From: Utricularia gibba
Taxonomy: Eukaryota; Plantae; Magnoliophyta
Reading direction: 5' to 3'
Length of the DNA stretch: 64,000 nucleotides
Assembly (NCBI GenBank): GCA_002189035.1
Contig: NEEC01000007.1
Span: forward strand, 186,001 to 250,000
Shown: one piece after another, positions 36,180-49,708 of the stretch
Position numbering within the stretch: position 1 is the stretch's first letter
How the letters are laid out: each line of letters opens with the position of its first letter
Notes under the pieces: generated by a model
Told to the model about the DNA's origin: nothing
The model's database searches: none
The model's input: only the letters and a program-made list of their open reading frames with translations
Made by a program: the position numbers and the translations under genes

Positions 36180-39100
36180 ATGCTGTCGTTGCAGAAGGAT
36201 GCTCGGCAGTACAATCTGAGCCTGCAGCAGCAGCACCCCTCGCTGCAGCAAGTTGGGAGGATCCCCTACAATGTTACTGGCGATCACCACCGTGAGGAGT
36301 CGTCCTTGATTTTATCTTCTGGGAGTGTTATCAAGCATGATATTCCACGGGAAGGTCAGGAATTTGTTTGATAGACGGGAAGAAAGGGTTTTGGATTTCT
36401 TTCTGTCATACGCTTTCGGAAAGTTTTCTCTATTCTTTTTCTCGTCTTAAAATTGCGGTGGGATTCATTAGGTATTAGTGTTGACGGGTTCTTGATATCC
36501 TTGATTTTGTATTGTTTGTTATATTTGTGTTTAGTTTGCTGACTGGGTACAGTTTTGGAGTTTTAGCTTCTACACGGATTTTGTAAAAACCATTTCTCGT
36601 TGCTTCCGTGGTTGAAATTGATTCTTGGAAAACTGGGTTATTGGAATACCCTTCTGAGTGAATCTGGTTAATTCCTGGGGATAAACTCTTTTTGTGCCTC
36701 TGTTTTTTTCCTTATGTGGTTGCTTGTTGTGAAATGCAGTTGATGAAAACATGCTCATGACCCTTGCTCATCAGAAATACAGAGCTGGTAACTATAAGCA
36801 GGCCCTAGAACACAGCAAGACAGTGTATGATAGAAATCCAACCCGTACTGATAACCTTCTTTTGTTGGGTGCAATTTATTATCAGGTATCTCTTTCTTGC
36901 TTTGTCCTTGTGAATTTTGATTTTTTTAGTATTTCCTAATACACAGCTGAAAGTGAATTATTCCTGTGTGGTTTGTTAGTTGCATGACTTCGACTTGTGC
37001 ATAGCCAAGAATGAAGAAGCTCTTAGAATTGATCCACAGTTTGCTGAATGCTATGGAAATATGGCGAATGCATTGAAGGTATTCAATGATTTGCTGTTGT
37101 TTAGTTTACTGCTCTTGCAGCAATAATGGAGCTCTCTTGTGATGCATTCTTCACTTGTTTTTTGCAGGAAAAAGGGAACATTGATTTTGCCATTCGTTAC
37201 TACTTGATTGCAATTGAGGTTTTGAAAACTATAAACTTCCTTCCCTCTGTAGTCCTTAGGCAACTCTTTGTTTCTGAAGGATTGTGATATGTGCGGCAGC
37301 TACCAAATAGGATACTTCACCATTCCTCTAATTCTGTAACTAAGTGATTATATATGCACACGATGAAACTACTCTACCTAGAGATATGACTAGCTGTACT
37401 TATGCATACGATACCCTCTCATTCTGGCCCTATTATTCATGCAGCTCCGACCTAATTTTGCTGATGCATGGTCTAACTTAGCTAGTGCTTACATGCGTAA
37501 AGGAAGGTTAAGTGAAGCAGTCCAGTGCTGCCGTCAAGCTCTTGCTATAAATCCTCGTTTGGTACTTTTCTTATGTCCTTAGTGGATACTATAGTACTAT
37601 TTCCCCTATTTAATAAGTCTCATACTTTCCTCAATTTTTTCCATATAGGTTGATGCTCATAGTAATCTTGGAAATCTAATGAAAGCTCAAGGATTGGTAC
37701 AAGAGGTAAAATGTGTGAATGCTAATTTCCTCAACTTGATTTGTATCATGATTATACTATTCAGCTATTTAGATCCCAGGTATTCTCTTTGTTACTTTCT
37801 GTTCGTTTATGCTGTTTACCTCCCACCTAGTAGTTTGTTCTTGTTCATGTTTAAAGTATTTTTTGCCTTTTTGTATTCAGGCGTATAATTGCTATGCTGA
37901 AGCTCTTCGAATACAACCCACATTTGCTGTTGCATGGTCCAATCTTGCTGGTCTTTTCATGGAGTCTGGTGATCTGAACAGAGCCTTGCAGTATTACAAG
38001 GTCAGACCTATTACCTTTTTCTTGCATGGTTATCAATTATCTACAATGAAAAAGCATTTTGTTTTTAGATTACCGTATGGTATTCCACTGTGTTTTCAGG
38101 AAGCGGTTAAGATGAAGCCCAACTTCTCAGATGCCTATTTGAATTTGGGAAATGTATACAAGGTGAACTGTGTGAGGTTTGCATGTAGGGTTGGGGATCA
38201 CCAACGCAATCACCAGAATTGAATGGATATTCGGGTTTTCTTTTCATTTTATAGGCCTTAGGCATGTTGCAAGAGGCTATTCTATGTTATCAGCAAGTGT
38301 TGCAATTGCGGCCAGACAGTGCAATGGTTTTTGGTGGGTGATCGTTTTGAAGGCTTTTCCATATATTGTGGTTGTTTTCTAATGTGCAGGACACGTAGCA
38401 TAATTTTTTATGAGAATGATACACTGCTGCATAGTTAGCAATATTATCAAGTCACTCAGTTATGATATTAGACTTTTCTGATCACTTGAGGACGAAAATC
38501 ATAGCATTCAAGATCTTCTAGTCTATTGTGCTTGAAATCCGTGCAAGAATGAAAACTGATTCATTTAGGAGAAAAGATTAACGTAAAAGTAAAATTCGTG
38601 CCGGCTTTGATTTTTTTTTTTTTTTTTTAAATCAGCTGAAGTTCTTGATCCTCTTAGACAACCCACTGCTGTTTTTGCTTCTGATTCTGTGTCTATTTCA
38701 GGTAATTTGGCAAGCATAAATTATGAGCAGGGAAACCTTGAAATGGCGATAATAAATTATAAGCGGGCTATTGCTTGTGATGCTGGATTTTTGGAGGCGT
38801 ACACTAACTTGGTTAGAGCTATCTCCATCACTTTTATCTTCACACTCCCGGAGCTGCATTTCCAACATACATACACACACCCGTAGTCTATTTCCTATAA
38901 ATATAGATCTATAGCCTTTTATCCATTGCATATTTCTCCACCCTCAGGGTAATGCATTGAAAGATGCTGGAAGACTTGAAGAAGCAACTCAATGCTATCG
39001 TGTTAGTTCTTGCAGCATACTATGGAAGTGCATGCTGTGTAAATATATTTTGCATCTAAATGGTTTTTTCCTCGTATGTTTAATTTTCCGTGCAGCACTG

Positions 39101-42100
39101 TTTGTCTCTTCAACCTAGTCACCCTCAAGCTCTCACTAATCTTGGAAATATTTATATGGAGTGGTAAATTTTATTTCCACTCGTGGCAGTATGCTAGCTT
39201 GTCATTTTGTGTATTAGTCTACTCCTTTATTTTCTTTTAAGATTTCTCCTCTTTTGATTCTTCTGTGAATTTTTAAGGAACATGATGAGTGCTGCGGCTC
39301 AGTGTTATAAGGCAACGCTCGCTGTTACAACAGGGCTTTCGGCCCCCTTCAATAATTTAGCTATAATATACAAACAGCAGGTAACTTCCTGAATCCAATA
39401 CCCAAACTTTCATCAATGACAGGGTAATTATGAAATCTCGTGTGGGTGGTGTTGGTGAACAAAACGACAGGGTAATTATGTAGATGCTATATCTTGCTAC
39501 AATGAAGTCCTCAGAATTGATCCCTTGGCGTCTGATGGCCTTGTGAATCGAGGAAACACTTACAAAGAGATTGGAAGGGTGAATGAGGCTGTCCAGGATT
39601 ACCTGCATGCTATTGCAATCCGGCCAACTATGGCTGAAGCTCATGCTAATTTGGCTTCAGCCTACAAGGATAGGTATTTTATTTACTTGTGATGCTTCTA
39701 AGTAATTTGTGTATTGGAAATTTCGCAAGCCATTATTCTGACATGCGGAATTGCGTGGGTGGAAGTTGCATGCAAATGTCTATCATTATTCTGGTTCTCT
39801 ACATTGTTGGGCCCATTTGGTGCACAATTGATTGGTAAATCATGCATACTTTGTGCTTTTCGTGACCTGTAGCGGCCATGTGGAAGCTGCTATAAAAAGC
39901 TACAGACAAGCCCTAATTTTGCGCCCCGATTTCCCAGAGGCAACATGTAATCTACTCCACACTTTGCAGGTATGCTTACATCCGTAATTTGAGTTCCTAA
40001 ATAAAGGCATTGAAATTAGAAATTAACACATGAAACAATTTAGGCAGGTCATGGTTTTTAAGAATGTGAGACTGAACATACGAGAAGTAGTAGCTGATTG
40101 GCAGTTTAGTTAAACCCCTGTAAAATTTTAAGAACACATGTCACATTTGATTCTTTTTACTGATCAAGAAGTCAAACTTGAAACAATGGTGCAGGAAATT
40201 ACTACATTTTGCTTCATGTTGTGTCTTTTTTTTACTTTTACGGACTCTCATGAGTATGCATTTTGATTCAGAGTGTTTGTGACTGGGATGATCGAGAAAA
40301 GATGTTTGTTGAAGTTGAAGGGATACTCAGGAGACAAATCAAGGTTTAGCTAGATGTTCTTCTGCATAGCTTAGTTCATAAATTCATCCATGATGCCATA
40401 TTATTCTTTTATTCATCGCAGATGTCCATGATTCCTAGCGTGCAGCCTTTCCATGCAATAGCTTATCCTCTTGATCCCATGCTTGCACTGGAAATTAGGC
40501 AAGAAATCTTACTTTTCCTTTTCAATAGAAAAATTTAATATTATTGCAAATTTGTATCCAAATATTTATTGGTCCCCAGTCGGAAATATGCTGCATACTG
40601 TTCGGTTGTCGCATCTCGTTACTCAGTTTCACCTTTCAAGTATCCACCGCTGCTGTCTGTTGGGGGCCAGAATAATAATGGTCGCCTGAGGATTGGGTAA
40701 TATCAATGATCTCACAAATATCTATGCACCAGAGACAGGGTACTGATTGTTTTCTCATATTTTTTCCAGCTATGTTAGCAGTGATTTTGGTAACCACCCT
40801 CTGTCTCACCTCATGGGTTCAGTCTTTGGCATGCACTGCAGATCAAATGTTGAGGTTTGTGCACACAAAGTATTTCTAGCTTTTATGTTCTAAAGATGAC
40901 CCTTATTGTCTTCACTTTCTTGTGTGCACATGTAGGTCTTCTGTTATGCTCTGAGCCCAAATGATGGTACTGAATGGAGGCTCCGAATCCAATCTGAGGC
41001 AGAGCATTTCACTGATGTGTCATCTATGTCATCTGATATGATTGCCAGGATGATCAATGATGACCAGATCCATATTCTGGTCAATCTGAATGGGTATACT
41101 AAGGTATTGCAGTTAAAATATATGTGCTTTGTGATGCATTTTTGTCGCTGAATCATAATCTTTCACCTGAAGTGATCAATGAGTGCGATTTTACTACTTT
41201 CAGGGGGCAAGAAATGAGATATTTGCCATGCAACCTGCACCAATTCAAGTTTCCTACATGGGATTTCCAGGGACTACTGGGGCAGCATACATTCATTATC
41301 TGGTCTCAGATGAGGTATCTTTTATTCTAATCGTTTTTTGTAGTGTATGTTTTTATTTTCCAGCAATTCTTTCTTTGTAACTGTCTTGGAGAAACTGTTT
41401 TGCCCATGATTATGCTGATCCTAGTGTTTACTGCTATTCGCAGTTTGTGTCACCTTTGTGCTACTCAAATATCTATTCGGAGAAGATTGTCCATCTTCCT
41501 CATTGCTACTTCGTAAATGACTACAAGCAGGTGAGATTAAAACTAAGATCGGCGTAGAATTTCAATTTCGTTTTAAATATACTCGAACTGCTGACACCTA
41601 CGTTGTCGTCCCTAAGAAAAACCTTGATGTACTGGACCCGAGCTGCCAACTGAAGCGGTCTGACTATGGGTTGCCAGAGGACAAATTTATATTTGCTTGT
41701 TTCAATCAACTCTACAAGATGGACCCTGAAATATTTGCAACATGGTAGATGTTACCTCAAGTCATGATTTCATGGAACTAGGGAATTGAACTTTGATATT
41801 TCTCTTGAATAAATGCAGGTGCAAGATTCTTAAGCGTGTCCCAAATAGTGTGCTTTGGCTCCTAAGGTTTCCAGCAGCAGGCGAGATGAGGCTCCGTGCA
41901 CGTAAGCTTTCTATTTCTGGAAGGCCGTTGTGTTTGAGATATGCATATTTTATATGCTTTTTATTGCCACTGTATATTGTTCAATAGATGCTGCTGCACA
42001 AGGCCTGCAACCAGATCGAATAATTTTTACTGATGTCGCAATGAAGCAAGAGCATATAAGACGCAGTGCACTGGCAGACTTATTCCTTGACACGTATGTT

Positions 42101-43011
42101 ACCTCTGCACCTTTGCTCAAGGCGTCCTCTTCTTACTCTGTTGGAGTCACGTATTTTACATGCTTCCGATGTATAGGCCACTTTGCAATGCACATACCAC
42201 TGGGACGGACGTTCTTTGGGCAGGCCTTCCAGTGATCACTCTTCCACTTGAGAAGATGGCTACCAGAGTTGCCGGTTCACTATGTCTGGCCACAGGAATT
42301 GGGGAGGAGATGATAGTTAAAAGGTACTCTGTTGCCTGCCACTCTAGTGAAAAGGGAATTCTCCCTGCCTTCTTTGGATAACTTTTTGCTTTCCTTGCTC
42401 GCCATTTAGATACACTGGTTCTTTTCTTCAAAGTTATCCTTATTCTGCTCAGTCGATGATTCTTGTTTTAGTTGATTGGCTCGCTCGATTTCATTTTTTT
42501 TTTTTTTTTTTGGGAGCTGTTTTCCGCTGCATCAACTTGTCAAATGATTTGGCTATTCCTGATTTGGTGAATTGCCTTCCATTAGCTTCCAACTTTGAGC
42601 ATGGGTTTGTCGATTTACAGTATGAAGGAGTATGAAGAGAGGGCCGTAGCTTTGGCCTTGAACCCTTCTAAGCTCCAAGACCTGACCAACAGACTCAAAG
42701 CTGCACGCCTTACTTGCCCCCTCTTCGACACAAAGCGCTGGGTAAGCCTGCATCATATGGTCCCCAAGCGGCCATGATCCCGATTCTGGTAGCATGGTGC
42801 TGACAACAGTTAACTGATGCTACAGGTGAAGAATCTGGAGCGCGCCTACTTCAAGATGTGGAATTTGCACCGCAGTGGGCAGCCACCCCAGCACTTCAAA
42901 GTTGCAGAAAACGACCGGGAGTTCCCCCGGACGGATAGAGAGAGCAAGAGAATGCTTCTACTGTACTGTACATAGAGTTGAGATGTAGTAGCAGCAGCAG
43001 CAGCGGCTGAT
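36180..43011 (+). CDS. SEC: O-GlcNAc transferase SECRET AGENT (TPR repeats plus GT41 catalytic domains)
   Basis: More than 25 exons join in frame: TPRs, [40 protein letters not shown] and [14 protein letters not shown]. There is a GC-AG intron at 40499. As written the stop is 43009-43011, but the conserved stop position (TAG 42936-42938) is one base out of frame. Confidence 0.96.
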
Positions 43012-43374
43012 TTGTAGCGAGTAGCAGTTTACATTTCGAAACGGGGAGAGCGTCCATCTGTGCTTGTAATAGTGAGTGGCAGCTGACACTTCCAAGGGAA
43101 GCGCCGTCGCTTGCATTGCTCCTAGGAAACGACTGTTAGTTCTAAGAATGGTTTAATGCTGCTACATGTTTTTGTTTGGTTTCTGGGGTAGAGATAACCA
43201 ACCCACAATGCTGTCTCTGTGAGGCCTTTGAAACGAGTGCGAAATTTTGCATATTGTAACAGGCCTAAAACAGAATCTCAAAGGGGAGACTCTAAAATTC
43301 AAGCAGCATAAGATGGGGAAAATGCAGGGGATAGAGATGAGCAACAGTAGCAAGTTGGAGGCTGCATTGTTCAT

Positions 43375-44165
43375 TCACTTGAGAGGGATAAACCGGGAGG
43401 AGTGGGTGGCACCAATACCAGGCCTTCCATGCTTAACGGGCTTGTAGCTGATGGAGAACTCAGCGAGGTAGTGCCCGATCATCTCCGGCTTTATCTCGAT
43501 CGGGTTGAACGTCTTCCCATTGTAAACACCAAGCACACTGCCGATCATCTCTGGCACGATAATCATATTTCGCAGGTGGGTTCTCACCATTGCAGGTTTC
43601 TCCCCAGAAGGCGCATCACGTTTCTGGAAAACAACAGGGCAATCCAGAGGTTTGTCAATGAGGTAGCAATGTATCAAACAATCCAACGAACACAAAGACA
43701 AAGCTGTAAGGGATAGAACCCTTGGCCTAACTTAAGACAGCACCATAAAGAAAGATTGTCATTCGACTGGAAATGAGAAATTCAAATTCTAGATCACTCA
43801 CAGCCTTGCGAAGTTTCTTGATCAACGCCATTGGCTTCCTTGTTAGGCCCCTTTGAAACCTGCGCATCTTCAATTAGAAGATACGAGACACAATGCCCGA
43901 GCAAACAACCAATGGGCAGTGTTCTTACCTCCTTCTAGCTCGCGCATTGAAGAGGTTGACCAGCTCATCGGTGGACATATCAAGCAGCGCATCGAGATCC
44001 ACGCCTCTGAACGAGAACTTCTTGAATGTTCTCTTCTTTGGTTGCCCAGCCCCCAAATCACTCTCAACATCCGCCTGTCAACGCCCCGAAGGAGAATCAA
44101 TCACACAGAACAAAAAGAAGCACACTTACACGAGGATACCTCAATGAACATCGGAGACATACCAT
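43375..44165 (-). CDS. RPS15: 40S ribosomal protein S15
   Basis: An ATG-only first exon (44165-44163) is followed by ADVE...[22 protein letters not shown]...[17 protein letters not shown]...[17 protein letters not shown]. Confidence 0.98.
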
Positions 44166-44250
44166 AGTCACAGTGGAATCGATGTGGAGGCGACTCCGGC
44201 GCAGTGTCTTGGATCGAAATCGATTGAGGAACTGGCGACAGGATTTGGTT

Positions 44251-44320
44251 TTAGGGTTCTACGACCGAAGCCCATACGCATATCGCCACAACATGGGCCG
44301 GAGAAGGCAGATCATGGGCT
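44251..44320 (-). promoter_or_regulatory. Telo-box-like element and site II motifs of RPS15
   Basis: TTAGGGTT 44251, GCCCAT 44270, TGGGCC 44294 and TGGGCT 44315, the combination typical of ribosomal-protein promoters. Confidence 0.7.
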
Positions 44321-44882
44321 TTCAATTCTTCAGTTATAATCTATTTGATTGAAGATTATAAATCAATTATTAAATTTATAAATAATTTAACCATATAATA
44401 ATTATTTCCAATTAATAATAAAAATTATACAATGTTCTAAATTTATGTGCATAAGAAAAGGCTCGAATAATGTTTAAAATCAAATCCAATCTATTTTTTG
44501 ATTTATTCATAATTTTATTTATAATCAATTAAACATTTTTTATGAGTAATCAAATAATTCAAAAATGTTCTATGAATTTTAATATTTTTAAATTTTAAAG
44601 TATACTATTTTTTTTTCAAAATATTATAAATTCGAATAAAACTGCAAGGCATTGTGTTCCATACAATTGATCCCAATGAAGGAAATCAGCTCCGGAAGAG
44701 AAACCGAAGAAGAATCACAAGGAGATACAAAGGGTACAACATTCACAACAGGAAGGTGTTAACAAGTGACATGGAAGGGGGTACCAGCAGTCGTTTACTT
44801 ATGCACAGAAGCTGTAGCGTGTACCTTGTTTGGTTGTGAGCAGAAGTAGATGGACTCAGAGACGGGGTTTGTGTCTGTCTAT

Positions 44883-47047
44883 TCAGGGAACACGTTCCAA
44901 AACATGCTGCAGTGCCTTTTTGATTCCTTCTTGATCAAGAGATGTGACTAGTTGAATCTCCTGCACCTGAACAAACACGAGGTTGGGTTTGAAACTGAAG
45001 TTCAGGGGATGCGAGTGACAGAGGTGTGGTAGACATGCCTGGCGCCCTGCTCGGGCAAGAAGTATGTACCGATCGCCAACCGGCGGTGCCTGTGAGAGAT
45101 GTATATACCAAGAGATATGAGTGGGTGGATGATAAGAACAACATGAAATTTGGGTGGGGGAGCAGGTGCTACATTTGAGAGCCAGAGCTGCAGATCTTGG
45201 GAAACCACTCTTTTCTCAAATCCTTGTCTGCTTATTCTCACGTCATGGATCCTGAGATAAATAATAAAATAAAAGATTACATGTGCTAACTACTACGATG
45301 CATGTACGTGGGCTGCTACACTGCTGCAGCGTAACAGGAGGGAGTGAAGTAACTAGCAAATAAAGCCGTACCCTTCTTCCTTCAGCAGCTCTTCGATAAT
45401 AGTATCAAGTCCGGGAAGAGGTTCAATTGCAACAAGGTGTCCAGCTTCGGATGCATTAGGATCAAGTGAGTAATCCTGTGTGGGTAAAAAGATGATCACG
45501 TTCTCGGGACTCGGATAAAATGGAAAAGGAAGCCTTGCAGAACCTGAGGAATGACTCTGTCCAAAGTTTCAAGAAGGGGGTCTTCCAACAACTGCTTCAT
45601 TGACAGTGTGACCCTTGCCTTTTCTCTGCAATACCATTTTCAAGGTTCATTTGCTCATTCCAACCACTTGAAGCTGCAAGCAAAACAGCATTACCTGTCT
45701 ATGTTAATAACCTTAACCCGGACATTGTCGCCAACAGCAAGAACGTCTCTCAGGTCTTGGACTAAGTCCCATGACACTTCTGAAACGTGTACAAATCCTG
45801 TGATATGATATAAACCTGCAGCAACACACCTGTCAAGAGGCAATTATTGTGCCTGTGCACCACAGACGGCATAAAGAAACATCTAAACCGTTGGCTCTCG
45901 AGTGCAATACCATCGGGGAACCGTAGATGAACAAAAGCGCCATAATCCTCAAGTGATCCTACACGACCTACAAAAACGTCCCCATATTTTAGTTGAGGAG
46001 AGAACTTCAACCAGCTGGATTCCTTTTCAGAGAATATCAACTTCTTATTCTCCTCATCAGCTTGTATAACCTTTCATATAAGGCGAACAACATTTGAATC
46101 AGCTGAGAATTGCATTTTATCCAATAAACACACGTGTCAAACAAGAAACTGCGCCACTGTGTAAACCACTCCTCATTCGAAATACTTTCCCTCAAGATTC
46201 ATCACACAATACACTACTTCATCGCTGAGAAATTCAGCGGAGAAAAAAAAAAGAATCACACCTTCAAAGATAGAGTGATGTCTACCAAGGACTGAGCAAC
46301 GTCTTGTATTTTCTTGTCAGGATCTGCATTCGTGATCATTCATCAGATGAACGGTGCTTCAGTCAAAGCTATAAACGATCTATAGAATCAATAAAAGATT
46401 CTGAGGTTAAAACGAGACCACAGCTCTTTGTTACCTTTGCAAGAGTGAGAAGGGCTCAACTGTGGAAAGGGGAGAAAACCAACTAGAGAATAGAATCTGA
46501 TGAGCAATCCACCGTTATTAAATCCTTCCACTTTCCCTTCAAACAATACCCCCTCTCTTTGTATTCCTTAGCTGCCTTCCAATCCGCAGACCTCTACTTC
46601 TTTGTTGAACAGACAGATCAGAAGCTCCCTCATAACAAAAATCGAAAAACCAAAATCTACCTATTCACGAGGTTATAAACTCACTCGAGATACAAACAAT
46701 TCATAGAGCAATGCGCCAAATTCAGCCACTCGTGTTTAGTGAAAATTAGAAAACGGAAAATATAATAGAGTTGGAGAACACACCCGGAGTTGGCGCTCAG
46801 CATCGGCGAACGAAGAGGGGCGATCGAATCCGTTGACGGTTCCGGAGCTGCTCCCATCGGAAAAGGACACCTTAGAGGCGGTTGACAAAGAAGGTGGACG
46901 CCTGGCCGGAGAATTATGAGAAGGGCAATTAGTAGCAGTGCAAGGGAAGTTTAACGTCGTGCTTTGAGAAGCAGCGGAATCTGCAGGCAGGGAACGTGAG
47001 ACAAAGGCAACGCCGCCAGAGACTGACGATGCCGGGAAAACAGTCAT
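44883..47047 (-). CDS. SRRP1: Chloroplast S1-domain RNA-binding protein (SRRP1/AT3G23700-like); one apparent 1-nt frameshift
   Basis: Transit peptide, SADWKAAK, GGLLIRFYSLVGFLPFPQLSP, EDYGAFVHLRFPDG, VHVSEVSWDLVQD, and a C-terminus QDLQLWLSNAPP...IKKALQHVLERVP*. GC-AG intron at 45038. Exon 2 needs the C5 at 46549-46553 to be C6. Confidence 0.9.
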
Positions 47048-47618
47048 CTCGCCGGCGCTGCGCAGGCTTGAAACGAACGACGGCGAATGGATTATCTGTG
47101 CGTGGCGCTGGTCTGTTATGATTGGTGGGTGGATATTCGGCTGCCACGTTGGGCTTCAATATCAACTCACAACAGTGAGATGAGCAGGGGCCGGCCTAGG
47201 CCGTTGGCTGGGGGACAGGCACGTGATACCTGCATGGGCCTGGATCGTTCCGGCCGACGCCCAACATGGGGTTCGTCAGGGAGGTTGTGTCCTGGCTTGC
47301 ATTTGATGACCATCGTCGGAAATCCCATCACCATCGATCAACACCGCCGCCCCTACGGAATAAACCGTCCCACAGAGGTAAAAGATCTTGCCGTTACTTC
47401 TCCTTAACCGGAGCTTTTAACTACTCGGAAAGTGTTGATCGGATCAGTGATGTGTTGACGTATGAAGATATTCATGGGACGTCTGCAACAGACGTTTGAC
47501 TGCAGCAAAACTAGTCCCTAATCAACTCAAAAGATTTACCTTTAATCGATTCACGGTAATTGCTGGAATATCTAAATCCAACCAGTTTTTGTGTGGCAAG
47601 GTCTGTGGAGATAAAGAA

Positions 47619-49491
47619 TTACACGTCCCACCTCTTCTTCACTCGGAACATGAAAACGGACGACTTTATATCATCTTGAGGAACTTGAAGCATGAACTGC
47701 ATTTTCAATTTCATTGGGACTGACTTAGCTTTTCCATCTTCATCTCCAACCTGATTAGTTCCAAAATCAAAATCAGGAAGCAAACATTTGAACAAGGACT
47801 ATGTTTGAATGAAATTTTTGAAAGGAAAAAAACAGAACACAGAGCTCAGGCCAAAGGTTTAATCATCTGTCCAGGTGCCCATTTCAAATTATGGTCCTAC
47901 AGGTGTAGTGATGTACATGAAGAGGACAAGTGAGCTGTACAACATATCACCAAACATACCCAGAGGGATGCCCAGCCGAGCCTCACTTCAGAATCATAGC
48001 CAGCCTTGAACTTGTAGTCCTTCTTGATGGTATGTTTGTAGACAGTACTCCAGCAATCCGAGTCGAAGTGGTACCAGTAGCTGTGGTAATAATGGTAATA
48101 AAAACATATGTATATCTGGGAACAGATCTATTATATACAGAAATGCTTAACATGCTCCACAAAACATGGTTTAAAGAGCAGCACCACACCTCCACTTGTC
48201 TGAAGGGCCAAACCTTCTTTTTAATGCAAATGACAATGCATTTGAAGGCAGTGAAATCTTCGGGATGAATGTCAATTGTTCATCCTACAAATAAAAAAAG
48301 ACAAACAAAGCACACAGAAACATCACGTGACTGACCTGCACAAGAACATGAAACAAAAGAAATGCAGCCCGTGCAAGAATGGGCATTAGAAGCTACCTTG
48401 AACGCATATCGCAAGTCCACGCATTCCTCACTGTATTGGGCAGTGCAAAGTCCACCAAGAATGTGATTTCTCAAAAGTATATTTGCAGAGAGAAATCCCT
48501 TCTCTTCTGTTTCTTCATCTTTATCAGTCAAGGAAACTTCCCCAAAGGAAACTTAAAAGTTGCCCTTGGCTGAAATATCAAGATAGAAAAACTCGCTTGA
48601 AATACTAAAATATGAACTCGGAGTGAAAAAATACTAAATTTTCAACGGCACTGCTTCTGACCATGCCAAAAAATGGAACAGCAGACGAAAGTTCCAGTTT
48701 GTATGCTGGTCCAGCAAGATTAGCCCCCATTGCCCACTCCCCTTGTTGAGCCTAACAGTTGCATAAAATCAATACAAGCAAGTTATGCAATCCTGGACTC
48801 CAAGAAACACATACAAGCATTACAAGGAATGGATTGAAGAAAACACATTAACCAATCATTTATAAACTGAACCCTGCATCAGAATTCCGAAGAGAATAGC
48901 CGACAAACAAGAGCAGTAACATGCTTTTCTGCATACGACATAAAAAATCCACCAGTTCTAAATATCCATTTGATACTCCCCACGAAAAGAAAAGGCATAT
49001 CAACTGAACTTACTACACAAATTCAACAACAATGTCGGTATATCGGGCTCTAAATACCAGAAAACTGCAAGAAAGTATGAAATGGGTACCTTTACTTGAT
49101 GGAAAGCTCTAAACTGTAAACCTGGTAGAATATCAAAAGATGCCCTCAGCAGAGCGTCGTTCTCCTCGACATCATACATCAACGAGAAGAACCTGGTAGT
49201 AAACGAAATCTGTGGTTCCCTCACTTCCCCTTTCTTGTCATTTTTAAACGATATCTTAACCTTCGCTAAATCATCCAACAGCTTGCACGAAGCTTTGTGC
49301 AGGAAAATGGAGCTATCGCTGTCATACTCCGATGTCAAACGGAATTTCGGCCGGCCAATTCGGAAAAGATCTCCATCTTTTTTCGCTCCAGCGGCGACAG
49401 AATCGGAAGTTGGGCCGGATATGTCTGCCGAAGACAGCAGCGCGACATTGGTGTCGCCGGCGGTCGGAGTGCTTTGGATTTGCGGATCCAT
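47619..49491 (-). CDS. OEP37: Chloroplast outer envelope pore protein 37; one apparent 1-nt frameshift
   Basis: RPKFRLTSEYDSDSSIFLHKASCKL, PRATFKFPLGEVSL, KAGYDSEVRLGWASLWVGDEDGK and QFMLQVPQDDIKSSVFMFRVKKRWDV*. Exon 3 needs the C4 at 48540-48543 to be C5. Confidence 0.92.
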
Positions 49492-49708
49492 ATCAAGGAA
49501 ATTTTCTGAGTCGCGGACCCTGAGTTTCGTTCGTTGTGATATTTGGGCGGGGTTTCAGATGAAGCTTTACATCGAAATCCTCAAATATATAAACTGAAAA
49601 AATATATTTTCCTTATTTTGCTTATCGGATGGTATTTTAAGGCGGCGGACAAAAAATCCAGATCGTTCAATTTCCATTTACGGTGCAAAAGGCGCATTTT
49701 ACAACAAA

